From positions 4,514,208 through 4,578,207 of the forward strand of contig CAVNZM010000017.1 in assembly GCA_963693365.1 (NCBI GenBank): a stretch of DNA of 64,000 bases, given 5' to 3'. Below, one piece after another: positions 1 to 43,286 of this stretch. The notes beneath the pieces are model-generated. The model saw nothing but the letters and a program-made list of their open reading frames with translations, did no database searches and was not told the DNA's origin. The number at the start of each line of letters is the position of its first letter. The first letter of the stretch is position 1. Source of the stretch: Amoebidium appalachense. Its lineage: Eukaryota > Protista > Ichthyosporea. Position numbers and translations under genes: made by a program.

Positions 1-279
1 AAACTCTAATAAACCACTGTTTGAATACACAAATTCTACCTCCTTCCCAGCCACCTGCTATTGTTTTTGATACATAGAGACAGTTGCCCTTTGTATGACC
101 ATAAGAGAAGCCGCTAACGACGAGCACTCATGCCATGTCAGCGTCTAAGCCATAATAGATTTCCAGCTTCGTTCATGATCCCCTCCCCCCCCCCCCCCTC
201 CCCCCCCTCCCCCCTCCCCCCCCCCCCCCCCCCCCCCGGACACACATAAACACACACGCACACCTGCACGCACACACGC

Positions 280-313
<34 letters not shown>

Positions 314-405
314 CACACACACACACACACACACACTCACTCACTCACTCACACTCACACACACTCACACTCACACACACTCACTCACTCACACCCGCTC
401 TCCCC

Positions 406-436
<31 letters not shown>

Positions 437-452
437 ACATGCACACACACAG

Positions 453-13796
<13,344 letters not shown>

Positions 13797-14472
13797 ATGT
13801 ATTAATAAATCTCGGGAAATACGAATGCAAATATTTTGTGAATACCCATTTCGGGAATTTCAAATTTTTTTGTCCTTTTTGTCCTTGATAGGAATGGAAA
13901 CCCGTACGCATGTACAAGCAATCGGATCTTGCACGATCGATGCCGATCGGTCTGCGATTGTTGATGATGAGGGTCAGGGGATTGCCTTATTTGGCTCTAC
14001 AACTGTAAACTTTAGTATAATATTGCAATAGTACAGTAGGTTGCTATGACATGAATGAATCGCAATTTATCAATATCAAGTATGCATGTGCTAAGAGGGT
14101 TTTAAATAATATGGATGGGCTAAATGATACGTGGAGGGGAATGTGCTTTTTTATGTAGACGACATACATTGGAGGCTCTGATTAGGTGCCGGCACCAGGC
14201 CAACAGTATACAATACGTATGTATATTGCTAAATAAAGTTGTTCCGTGACCGAGAAATAGATTATTTGGTGATATGTATACAACAGTGATGTGCCAACAA
14301 GGTACAGAGTTCAATAATGTTGTGATGAGGTACAAATTATATTAGATTGGGATGCATAGCGTGTTTTTCGTTTCTTTTGTTTTTTCTTCCCGTCTATGGA
14401 ACGAATATGATGTGTTTTGTGAACACCCTTGCAAAGTCTTAGAATTGACAGCCTGAAACAAGAGACAAGCCC

Positions 14473-14509
<37 letters not shown>

Positions 14510-14677
14510 TCTCCCCTCTCTCTCTCTCTCTTTCTCTCTCTCCCTCTCCGCCACCGCCCAGGTCCACCAAACCAAAGAAAGAAAAAGAAAGAAAGAAAAG
14601 GAAAACGCAAGAAGACAGAAACTCTAGATGGAGAAGAACGAGGGGAAAAGGGCGGGCAGGCGGGCGGGGCGGCCCGG

Positions 14678-14718
<41 letters not shown>

Positions 14719-14721
14719 GGG

Positions 14722-14759
<38 letters not shown>

Positions 14760-15022
14760 TCAGATCTTGATTCAGAAGTTCCAGAGGAGCAGCAGGCACA
14801 GACAGTCTGCATGCATATGTAACTCTTTATGGGCTCATCTCTCAATGTAGGAAACTTAGACTCTCATTGTTTACACGTTGTAAAATTTAATGTCATCATA
14901 TGTTCGTAAGCATGGATACCCTCCTCCCCCGCCCCCCTTCTACCACCACTCACGGCCAAACCCCATTACACTATATCGGAGGAGTAAATGGGTAGAAATA
15001 CTGCTGACAACCCTTCCCCCCC

Positions 15023-15053
<31 letters not shown>

Positions 15054-15909
15054 ACACACACAGGAAGGGCAAAACGAAAAATACTCCAATGGAAAACAAA
15101 AGGTGCAGGTACAATGCAGCCTGTGCTGACTCGCTAGCCACATGTACAACTGCAACACTGACCTATTAGCCAAACATCACGCCGGTTGACGGCCGAAACC
15201 TTTTGAATGTTAACTGCCCATAGATATATATTGTCTCTATTAAGTCTTCGTATTGGTATAAAAAAAACAATATCCATATGTGTATGCTAGGTCAGTGTAT
15301 TGATATGATATAGGTATGACTATGGCAAATCCATCAAATGCATCAGCACAAATCCATGTTGTGGCAGTACTATTTTCGGTCACATTTCGAAACGGGCACA
15401 CATTACTACACGTCTATTACTGTTCTAACTGTGGTAACATCCTGCTTTTGGTAATACCGATCAATTTTGTTCGCTGTACTGGTACATACAAATACATACA
15501 ACAACTTCACACAACTGGCTCCAAGGGATATATATAGCCTAAGAGTTACCAGAGTAGCCCCACATATGCCCTTACATTATGGGCAACGAACTCGACACCA
15601 ACTATGGTATTGTACAGATTAATATGTTGTGGTTGCAAGCACATCTAAGAACCAAAGTCGGGGTATTCTTATGTGCGAGCAATCCGGTGTAAGAAGACAT
15701 GATCATAAACAAAGAGAAGCCCCCCCCCCCCCCCCCCCTCCCCCCCCCCCCCCCCCCTCCCCCCCCCCCCCTCCCCCCTCCTCTTTTCAAAAAAAAAAAA
15801 ACCAAAAAAAAAAAAAACCAAACCAAAACATATTGAGAAAAAGGAAAAAAGAGAAAAAGAAGGAAAAACAACAACAACCACAACCTACTGATACGGAGGC
15901 CTGCAGAAT

Positions 15910-16135
15910 GGTTCCGTCTGTCGACAAAGACACCATCCCCACCCATCGGCCAACCCATCACTCCGCCGCTCTCTGCCGTCTCTGCAGGAGAGATATTGAC
16001 GTCAGAGAGATCACACAACTTGACATTACATTTCCGTCTGTCAAACCCGGCCCCACCCCATCACCCAACCCATCACTCCGCCGCTCTTTGCCGTCTCTGC
16101 AGGGGAGATATTGAAGTCAGAGAGATCACACACCA
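15910..16135. repeat. Tandem duplication of about 120 bp
   Basis: TTCCGTCTGTC...CCCATCACTCCGCCGCTCT.TGCCGTCTCTGCAGG.GAGATATTGA.GTCAGAGAGATCACACA occurs twice. Confidence 0.8.
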
Positions 16136-16200
16136 ACTTGACTTTACATGCATACAGCCATGGGGTAAGGTCACTAGGCTGGACAGGTGATTGTTCACCT

Positions 16201-16244
<44 letters not shown>

Positions 16245-16490
16245 TGAATGCGTCAAAAAGTACGAAGTACACAAGAACAAACGGATAACACGATGTAGAA
16301 TGCAAGCCATACATAAAGAGTATGCATAATAAGCAGAGCCCCCTCCTCAGGGGGGGCCCACGTCATCCACAGTACCCGAGTTTCGACCTATTCCCCTCGT
16401 TAACGAAACCCAACTCAGATACTGTTTCACTTGAACATGAGTAGGTCACCCGTCTTGATCAGAGACGAGCAGGGTTGCTTATGCAGGCAA
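16201..16490 (-). mobile_element. Poly(C)-ended repeat, subfamily A, long copy (may extend to about 16915)
   Basis: G-run then TTTGAATGCGTCAAAAAGTACG...TAAGCAGAGCCC..CCTCAGG...GAGTTTCGACC...CCCGTCTTGATCAGAGACGAGCAGGGTTGCTTATGCA; collinear with the B copy at 11940-12200. Confidence 0.85.
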
Positions 16491-17168
16491 GGGCAGTGGG
16501 AAAGGCCGGGGGTTAAAGTTGCAGCAGTAAGCAGAAGCAAGAAAAATATAGATAGGAACTCAGGAGACGGGGCTTCTAGGAAGCTCCCCCGTCGATACCT
16601 AAGTCGATACTTCCCTGGCTAACATACTACACCAGCTGAAAAGAATTAAGTCCCGAAGGCCGCAGAATTCGCAATCAGAGGGGAAAATATGAGATTTGAC
16701 CCACGCCGCAGGGTAGTAACACGCTTACTAGGGCGGAACTTTATCGTCTTCGAACGGAAAGCTATGCCCCCGGATGTCAGCCGGAAATATGGTATCACCC
16801 ATTGCTTTGGGCTTGAAAAAAGCCAAACCGATAGTCCGAGTTATGTTACGCCGGCGGGTAACATGCCGCATGGGTTCCAAGGGAGCTGTCGCCAACAGAG
16901 CGGTGTGTGCATGCGTGGGGGGGGGGGGGGGGGGGGGGGGGGGGACACTAGGAGGTGGCAGTTTTGAGGCAGAGCACCCACACACAAATCGTTAACAGAA
17001 ACCAAACCTACTGTTTGAAGGTAGAAGACACTTGAGCACTGGCATTCGTTGGAGGGGGTGGTACCGGGAGGGCAACAAGTGGGCGGATTGGTAAAGGGGG
17101 GGGGGGGGCAGTGTGGGAGTTAATGTGTCGAACTTAAAAAGCGAATACATCAGAAAACCGACAAGGAA

Positions 17169-17202
17169 TCAAAACCATAACCCAACAAAAGAGGATTTTT
17201 TT

Positions 17203-17243
<41 letters not shown>

Positions 17244-17836
17244 ATTTCTATCAGCACTTGCCGTTTTGACTGCAGCCTTCAGGCTTTTGCCCCCCGTCAC
17301 CTTTCCATGCAAAGTCACCTCTTCCAAGTTTGGACACGACTCTAACACCCGTACGTCCTCCTTAATCCCACCCAGGTCAATCTTGCGTAAGTTCAGATGC
17401 GACGCCAGGCACGAGACATCGCTCACTTTTTTTTACATTGAGGAGTACAACATTCATCAGAAGGGGGCAAAGGGAAACGGGGCTTATGTCCTTTAGAGAC
17501 TTCATGTCGAACAAGGCGAGTTCTTTGAGCTTCCGGCAAATGTCCGAGGGGGGATATGTCGGTGAGGCGTCTGAGATTGAATAGTGAAACATAAACGAGA
17601 TTTCCACATGCGGACAGGGCGGAGATGTCGGTAAGCGACTCCAACTCATCGGGCCACACTTTCGTGAGCACGTGAGGCTGGGGAGGGACGGGCCCGAGTG
17701 AGGAGATGTCAACGAAGCTCTTGATGTGAAGAGCGTATAGGTGCGGGTGATTGACCAATGAAAAATGGCCGTTAAGACGGATGCTCTCGGTTGCATTTAG
17801 CTCCAGATCTCTGAGTTCATGCAAATTGGGTAGAAC
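17169..17836 (-). pseudogene. Leucine-rich repeat protein with two frameshifts (pseudogene or homopolymer errors)
   Basis: LRR units LTDISALSACGNLVYVSL, LTDISPLG/CRKLKELALFDMKSLKDISPVSLCPLL and VSDVSCLASHLNLRKIDL..LESCPNLEEVTL are spread over three frames. Shifts lie at about 17545 and at the T-run about 17430; acceptor gcag| at 17836. Confidence 0.7.
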
Positions 17837-17898
17837 CTGCGATTGGAATTTTGTATGGTGGTGGTGGTGGTGGTGGTGGTGGTGGTGGTGGTGGTGGT

Positions 17899-17945
<47 letters not shown>

Positions 17946-18148
17946 TGACATCAGGCAGTTGGGAGTTGGAGCGAGGGATGGGGATAGTTAGGTGGGCATG
18001 ATGCGTTAGAAGGGGGTAACAAACATGTGTGTCTCCATCTACTTTCCAGCTAATCCATCAGAGAAAATATATTATTAATGAAACCCTCAAGTTGTCAACT
18101 GCAGTGTAGTGACTGTAATATTAATTAGTCATAATTGATACACCTTTG

Positions 18149-18182
<34 letters not shown>

Positions 18183-18431
18183 TTCTTCCCAGCACGGAAG
18201 TTATAAAAGGATCCCCCCCTCGCCTTTGTACAAAGTCTACCGGACCAAAAGACGATGATGTAGATGATAGGGATGCCAGTGTGATCACGAGGTTCAAGTT
18301 GAGACGGGTACATATAGCTAGGGGGGGAAAATGCAAACCTAGGGAATGGAGCAAGGCTTTACACACACGTGCACAAACAAGACAAGAGAGAGAGATGGGG
18401 AGGGGGGAGGGGGGGGGGGGGAGACAGAGAC

Positions 18432-18535
<104 letters not shown>

Positions 18536-18589
18536 GAATTAGTTAGAGGGAGCCACGGGGGATGGGTGGGGAGTGGGGTAAGGTGAGGA

Positions 18590-18620
<31 letters not shown>

Positions 18621-19105
18621 GGGGGGGGGGGGGGGGGGGGGAGGGGGGGGGGGGGGATCTATGTGCTGCGCACAAGCATGTGTTTTAAACAACATAGTTT
18701 TATTCATAGCTATCGTATCATCTCAACCTATATGGCCCAGTACGTGTAGCTAAGTTTCTGAAGTTTAAAACTATTATTTCCTCGGGTTCATATATCATCT
18801 GCTGCCCCGGAAATTTCCCTTTTTGTCCGACCAGAGGCCCGTATGTGTGTGTGTGTGTGTGTGAGTCACGGTGTGTGTGTGTGTGTGTGTGATACATATA
18901 TGTGCGCTATTTGACTCACAGAGAGCCAATAACCTGAAACTCAAGACCGTTTAAACGGGCAAATAAGTATACTACACTGAGCACCGTTCCCCCGGCGGTC
19001 ACGCCAAAACTGTTCTCCGGCTTACATGATAATCAATTCAAGCAAAGCTTAGTAGGAAGTGTTGACAACTATGTAACAATTTTTATTTCAACTTTTCTGA
19101 GTGTT

Positions 19106-19169
<64 letters not shown>

Positions 19170-19241
19170 TCTTTCTCTCTCTCTGTGTGTGTGTGTACAA
19201 AGGGCTGTGATCCCCCCCCCCCCCCCCCCCCCCCCCCCCAC

Positions 19242-19282
<41 letters not shown>

Positions 19283-19362
19283 CACAGCCTAGTGACTCAT
19301 AACCGTTAGTAAGTGTTGATAATTATGTAACAATTTTTGATTCATCTTTTGTGAGTGTTGGG

Positions 19363-19410
<48 letters not shown>

Positions 19411-19608
19411 AGAGGGTTGTGGACCCCTCCCCCCAACCCCCCCGTTGAAATCTTGGACAACGCTCTCCGTCCCTTACTAGTTCTCCCTCAGTGTCTCTCT
19501 GCAACCTCCCTCTCGCTCTCTCTTAGTCTCTCTCTCTCTCTCTCTCTCTCTCTTATATATATATATATATATATATCAGATCTCTCTCTCTCTTCCCCCC
19601 CCCCCCCC

Positions 19609-19644
<36 letters not shown>

Positions 19645-19688
19645 ATCCCCCTCCCTTCCCTCACACTCCCTCCCTCCCACTTTCCCCC

Positions 19689-19726
<38 letters not shown>

Positions 19727-19732
19727 CCCCGC

Positions 19733-19763
<31 letters not shown>

Positions 19764-19914
19764 CTTCCCCTCCTCCCCCCATTCCCCCCCCCCCCCCCCT
19801 CTTCCTCTCTCTCTCTTTTTTAGAGACTCTTTCTCTCTCCCTCCCTGTCTGTATCTCCCTCCCTCCTCCCTGTCCCTCGCTCTCCCCCCCAGTCTCTGTC
19901 TCTGTCTGTCTCTC

Positions 19915-19984
<70 letters not shown>

Positions 19985-19986
19985 AT

Positions 19987-20092
<106 letters not shown>

Positions 20093-20145
20093 CTCCTCCT
20101 TCCTTCCCTCACACTTCCTCCCTCCCTCCCTCCCGCTCCCCCTCT

Positions 20146-20177
<32 letters not shown>

Positions 20178-20290
20178 CATGGGCTCTGCTTATTATGCAT
20201 ACTCTTTATGTATGGCTTGCATTCTGCATCGTGATATCCGTTTGTTCTTGTGTACTTCGTACTTTTTGACGCATTCAACCCCCCCCCTCT
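20178..20290 (+). mobile_element. Poly(C)-ended repeat, subfamily A, 5'-truncated
   Basis: ATGGGCTCTGCTTATTATGCATAC...GACGCATTCAACCCCCC between C-runs. Confidence 0.85.
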
Positions 20291-20586
20291 TTCCCCCCCC
20301 CTCCCCCCCCCCCCAACCCCCCTCTCTCCCTGCCCCCCCTACCACCTACTGAGGCGGTGTCTCCCTTTTCTTTTTTCTTCTTTTTTTTTTAAAAAAAGGG
20401 CCTCAAGTAGATGTATAACGTCGCACGTGCGGCAACACGTCAGTACGTGTTAGCTGCCCCCCCGTCTCTCCGAGCTCTCTCTCTCTCTCTCTCTCCTCCC
20501 CCCCCCCCCCCCCCCTCCCTCTCTCTGTTTGCCCTCTCCTCCCCCCCCCCCCCCCCCCTCCCTGACTCCCCCCGCCTCTCCCCCTG

Positions 20587-20660
<74 letters not shown>

Positions 20661-21378
20661 CCACTGCTCTCATCGTCGTCTCAAGGGCCTTGCGTGTCTG
20701 CCCGCTTTGCATCTAGCTCTGTCTCTTTCTCTCTTCTCATTCCCATTTGGCTTGGTTCTCCGCTTATTGTCTCAAAACGCACATACACATAATCACCTGG
20801 TAGGCTTTTGTGCCACCCCACAAATGGTGCTGCGTATTTGTGATTGTTTAGCTCTGGTTTTTGGGTACATAGCACCGTGCAGCCAACTGGTTTGACTGCC
20901 TATGGTGTAACAGTGTGCCGCGGGGAAGGTATGCACAGTTCAGATGCGGCGCCTCGCCTGTAATAGCTGATCAAACGGCCGTAGCGTCTGGCATTACATT
21001 CTAGAGAACGGCGCCACGTTTTTCCTTTTTCTTGTACCTAAACGTCACAAAGTTGGGCTGCACCCGGGGCCGCTGCCACTGGTTCCAAGAACTTCCAACC
21101 GCCATAAGATCTCCTAATATGGCAGAATTTTGCACCAATCATTTAGGGTTATTTTTGATTGGTGCAGCATTCCCGCCAGAAGTGTAGCCCCGGAAATTAG
21201 ATTGGTCTTCTTTCCTACAGCTTGGCATAATATGCTAAATCGCAATTCGGCCGATCGGGCCCGATCACCGATGTGCACCGACCCATTAACCGACCCGCGC
21301 TCATGTCCAATCGTATGCGCTGAATCTGGCTTTTATGGTTGTTTTATATGCGTAGCAGATAAAAGGTGTTTCACAGAT

Positions 21379-22212
21379 CACTAATATGTATGGTGTCGGA
21401 CATCGTAGATTGACCCATCCGGAAAAATAGACCCTATAAATTGTGCGATCCATTAACTTACCCGCAGTCTATCCCATTCGGGTAAAAGACCCATTTTTCG
21501 GTGCGTCTCATCAAGGTTCAAGGGCTACAAACTGACGTCTCAAAACGTATAAAAAAAAAAAGAAAGAAAGAAAACCGCAATTTTTTCCCTCATTGAGAAA
21601 TTTTCAAACCAATTAGGGGGCGTATGACGTCATCTACTTTTGCAAGTGTGTTTCTAGAATAACCACATGTAAGCTTTAGACGTTTCTTATTGCAATCGAC
21701 CCCATCTCGACGAGAGCTGTCGTGTGATATTTTGGAGTTGAAAAAAAAATTGAAAAAGAAAATACAGAGTCACGGCCAGGATCGAACTGCAGCCCAAGAA
21801 TCCGGGGTCGTGCCGTATATAGCCTTGAAATGTTGGGTCTCATAAAAGACCTAAACACTGCTTTTACCACGTCGTCTTTCTTCTAATGCACATGTCTATT
21901 GTCACACATTATAATGTGCAGCAGCACGGTTTGAAAATGTGATTTTTTCAGATTTTCGCGGAACTACCATACATGGCGGTTACAGACCGTGTGTTACTAT
22001 TTTAAGCAATAGTGACGCATTTATGACGTCATTTTTGGAGCTTTTAGGGGGCTTGCGGCGTCATCACTTCTTAATAATGAAGATATCGCCAAAAACTTAT
22101 ATCCGCGTGATCCCCGTGACGAGTGCTATCCAAAACTGCAACTATCATGTCCGTAGCACGATTGCTGCCTCCTGGATCTACAGGGGTCAATCTACGATGT
22201 CCGACCTTAGTG
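21379..22212. mobile_element. Non-autonomous TIR DNA transposon with CACTA...TAGTG ends
   Basis: Perfect 22-bp inverted repeat GTCGGACATCGTAGATTGACCC (21395-21416 and 22184-22205), extending outward to CACTAA/TTAGTG. No matching TSD. Confidence 0.6.
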
Positions 22213-23081
22213 CCCGCACAGAGCAACGCGTGATCCGGCTAAATATAGATATGGCGGTACTAGATTTAGCGATCAGGGCAGCGTTTGGCCCACATGCGCT
22301 GCTGGCAGCACGGGTGTTTTGTGTAGCAACCAGCCCGCAGACGGGTCTTTTTCGTTTGCTGTGTGCGTAGCTGGCGACACTTTCTCTTCGACTAGTGAGT
22401 TGGCGGTACGCGCACGTTTTGTGTGGGCAGGGGGGCTCATTCGTTTCCGGCATAGACACCCCCTGGCGGCCCCTGCTTCGGCCACCCCTGGGCGCAGCCT
22501 GCTATGCAGGCTCGACGGCTCGACGGCCGGCGCCGCGATCGGGGGGTACACGCAGAAAAGGGGCGTCCGAGTGATGTGAAAGAGGTTTTAAGAGCAAGGG
22601 GCCCTTTACGGGCCCGTTAAAATACTCGGAATTTGCCGCAAAACGATTACATATATGTAAGAGCACCAAACTCAACCCCTGAGTATGCCGCACCGCAAAG
22701 CAGCAAGCCACGGGACTTTGGTTTTGGTGCTCGTAATCGTATTTTTTTTTACTATAATTTGTAGGCATATTCCGGCTTTCCGGCCAGGTTTTTTTTTTTT
22801 TTTACATTTATAAGTCCGAGTATTTTGACACCCTTTAGTCATATGTATTTACTATGTTAATTGATGCCCCTTTTTAATCGTATGGCGAGCCCCAGGGTTC
22901 TCTAAATCGTTTACGTCAATACCGCGCCGCCGTAAGTGTGGCTTTTCAGACCGGGGATATCATGATCGGAATTTTTTCGCCCGCATTCCACCATCAGCCA
23001 ATAGCACGGCAAAAATGTTGTGGGGGTTCTACCTGTTTTAAATTTATTCAAAACGCAATCGTGTTGTCGGAATTTTATTTC

Positions 23082-24282
23082 TTTTGACTCGGGTTTATTG
23101 ATCCGTTGATGAAGGCAACGTGCAGCCACAGGCTACATAACCACCAATTGAACTGAAAAAGCCAAAGCTACGAAATAAAATAATGCGACAAGTGATAGAG
23201 GACACCAGCGGGCAAAACCTTAAGTGTACGTATACGCGTGAAACTAGTTTGCTCCAACCAGTCATATGCATCGATGTTGACCAGACCACACTCCGCAAGA
23301 AGACATCATTACTGCTCCTTCCCAACAGGCCCCCCTTAAAACCTATCGAGGCACAGCAAGCAAGTCAGAATTCTTTTTTTTTTCTCTTGACTGGGATTTA
23401 TTGATCAGTGGTCCAGTGGATATGAAGGCAACGTGCAGCCACAGGCTACATGACCACCAAAATAACCGACTTCGAAAGAGCCACAGCGATGAAATAAAAA
23501 ATAAAACAACAAGTGACCAAAGGACACCAGCGGGCAAAGGTACGAGTGCACGTGTATGCGTGAAACTAATTTGCTCCAACTAGTCATATGCAGCGATGAT
23601 GACCAGGCCACACTCCGCAAGAAGACATCATTACTGCTGCCCCCCAACAGGCCCCCCTCAAAACCTACCGGGGCACAGCAAGCAAGTCAGCCCTTTAAAG
23701 AGCAATGCAGACCAAATCCGAGCGAGAAAACAATCCCCACGGGCCCGTCCCCTAGAAAACCCGCAGAAGCTGTCTCTAACTCTTTGATAAGGTGGCCTAG
23801 TTGTGGCAGGACACAAAGGAAAACACAACTACAGAATGCATGCAAGCAAATCCAGTCATTGCCATACTGCTGAAGGCTGAAAACACGGCAGCCACAAGGA
23901 AAGCTCCTCGACGACCCAGTAGCTACCCCTCCACTCACGCAGCGCAGAAGCAGTTGAAGAAGTTGCAGCAGCCCACCGCCAATAACTCGCGTAGAAGCAT
24001 AGATAGCGTGTAGAAGTCACCGTAAGTTGCAGTGGGCCACCAGATGTCGAAGAAACCACTCCACAAGCGAGAAACTCCGCGGAAGGGAGATGTCCCCACA
24101 CTCTCACAACAGTAGGAATAGACAAGGCCGCACTACACACACACAGTGTCACGTTCCCCTGAGTGGGACCCCTTCCCACCAAAAAAAGAAAAAACGAAAG
24201 CCTTTATATACCTGCCATGGTGAAGAATCGGGAAAAAAAGTTGACGTGACAGCTAAGAGATCGAAGTAAAAGTGAAGTCCCC
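23082..24282 (-). mobile_element. SINE-like family C: a full copy (23385-24282) plus a 3' fragment (23082-23370)
   Basis: Homologous to 55677-57260 (+) and 60356-61425 (-). Sense strand starts GGACTTCACTTTTACTTCGATCTC and ends AATAAA(C/T)CC..GTC followed by an A-rich tail. Confidence 0.75.
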
Positions 24283-24826
24283 AGAATTCTAAATCGTATT
24301 GGTGGGGTTCGTGTCAGTACAGATTTGTATGAACCCCACATGCGATCACACTTTGTCAGGTTATTCCGTAATACCCTGCTTTCCATAATGAATTGAAGAC
24401 CCTGACTGTGGCAAAACAGGGCTTCATATTCACTTTCTGGAGTGTCAGAATGACTATCTGATCATTTCCCCCCAGAAAAGCACCCATTTGTACATGAAAA
24501 CAGATCAAAAATAAATACTAACTGCTACTAAAAACCATGACCCCCTTGTGCCTATGTAATCGTAAATACGACGATTTTGAGCCTTCAATCCCTGAAAATG
24601 GCGCGAAAATAAGCCAATCGATTACAAGATAAACTTAAAAAAAAATAAAAAAATCCTGGCCGGAAGTAGGCCTACATTGGTACCCATCGCCCCACTGCGC
24701 GCAACCGTCGTACTGAACATACTTTCTACAACTACAAGGGCACAAGAGCACACAGAAAACATGGCGGAGAACACGGGTGGCCACCTCATACAGCCTGAGG
24801 ACCCGCGAGAAAGTATGTGCGTGTGA

Positions 24827-24873
<47 letters not shown>

Positions 24874-24976
24874 GTGTGTCTGTGTCTGTGTGTGCGGGTG
24901 TGAGCGCATGTGTTTGTGTGTGTGCGGGTGTGAGCGTGTGAGCGCGCGCGCGCGTGTGTGTGTGCGCGTGTGTGTT

Positions 24977-25041
<65 letters not shown>

Positions 25042-25109
25042 GTGTGTGTGGGTGTGTGTGGGTGTGTGTGGGTGTGTGTGTGTGTGTGCGCGCGCGCGTG
25101 TGATTGTGA

Positions 25110-25331
25110 GTATGCGTGACATTCATGTCGAAAACGATGCTTACGTCAACATTTTCCCCCGGCTGCCCCAGATCGAAAAAATAACCATGTCGGTGGATAG
25201 TGTGAATTTCAAAGGGATAAGAGTGTGCACGTCACTGAGATTTCTCGATGTGGAATGTCGCAGTTGGACAAGAGCGCCACATTTGCGCACGTCTCAGCTT
25301 GAGGAATTTTACGTGCAGTGTGACGATTCAG
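25110..25331 (+). pseudogene. Possible LRR-like exon or fragment
   Basis: [47 protein letters not shown] shows LxxLxL periodicity; donor CAG|gtgggg; no complete gene model. Confidence 0.35.
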
Positions 25332-25428
25332 GTGGGGTGCGGATGAGCAATACGGTGTTTTGAGAAACAGCCGTCACACATTGAAAAAATTACACATTGC
25401 GGCACATTGGACACACACGGAGGCGAGT

Positions 25429-25459
<31 letters not shown>

Positions 25460-25879
25460 TGACAGACCCCACACGTTACCCTTCTTCTGTCCCCCAAAAA
25501 TAAATATGCAAAAGTACATTTTCCATCTCATAGACTTCAGTGGGTGTGAAGCTTTGCTGTTGCTGTTTGGTTGGGATGTATCCATAGGTGCTCTTCCTTC
25601 AATTAGCGTGCACGGGGGTTTGTACATGCGGGCATGTGTCTGATGGGTATCTGTGTGTGGTTGTGCTTTGAGCGATGTTCGTATGGCCCTCTATCCGACA
25701 CTCAATAAGCCTCCCCCCCCCCCCCCCCCCCTCCCCCCCCTCCCCCCTCCCCCCCCCCCCTCCCCTCCCCCCACCACAAACTCACACTCACACACACACG
25801 CACAGTCTCGGAGCATCGGCGTCCTTCCGTCTGTCTCGTTCTCTCTCTCCACTTCTCTATTCTTGGGCCAACCCATCCC

Positions 25880-25935
<56 letters not shown>

Positions 25936-26924
25936 TTCCCAGTTTTGATAATTCGTCTTTTTTTCCTTCTCTTGTCCAATCATCCCTTCCTCGTCTTATC
26001 CCAATTTTTCTTTTCTTTTTGCTTTTTTCTGTTTCTTCCCTTTCCTTTTCTCTTTTTTCCATTTCTTCTTTTCTTTTCTTTTCTTTTCCTTTTCTTTTTT
26101 CTTTTCTTTTTTTTTGTTGTTGGGTGGGGGAAGGGGGAAGGGGGGGGGGGGGGGGGGGGAGGGGGGGGAAGGGGATGGGGATGGGGGATGGGGGAATGGG
26201 TGGATTAGCTGGAAAGTAGATGGAGACACACATGTTTGTTGACTACTACTATATTAGGTGTCATCCTACTAGACATGCACACAGTCGAACCATACGCTTA
26301 GCTCAGTCAAAAACGGCAGTGCAGATGAATCTTTAGAGCCACACATTTGAGACATCATCCCAGCCTGTATTTATACACAAGATTATTCATTCACGAGGAC
26401 ATCTACCAACCCCATATTATCTGGCCAACGCTGGTCAGCAAACTACTTGGTTCGAACGAAACGATTACACACACAAACAAACAGCCACGCAAATACAGTA
26501 GAGTTGATACAAACATTCAGAGTCAAGCAAGGCACCGGTGTATATGTCAGTTTCTTTCAACTTCCAAACTGGGGAAAAAAAAAAACACACTAGTTAAGAG
26601 ACATACATTCGGTACACGCATATTGTTAATATCACGGCCTCGGAGCTTTGCCCTCACATCCCATCAAAACCACTACTTCTGTCCTTTTCTTGTATCACCC
26701 CCCCCCCCCCCCCTCCCTCCCCCCCCCCCCCCCCCCTTTAAACACACCCACACACCCGCACACAGGTAAGCATGCATGCAGGCACCAGATAACCCTGGGC
26801 CTATCTGGTGAATCACATCCCCCACATGCCCATACACACACGCATTAACGAACACACACCCCCATCCACACACACACCTGCAGTCTCTCCGGGGGGGGCT
26901 CCCCCCTCAGCTCCCTTTCTTAGA

Positions 26925-43286
<16,362 letters not shown>

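Noticed and set aside
16191-16864. A/B element as a solo LTR (TGTTCACC...GGGTAACA)
   Set aside because: No TSD, and the sequence beyond the G-run differs in every copy. Not fully excluded.
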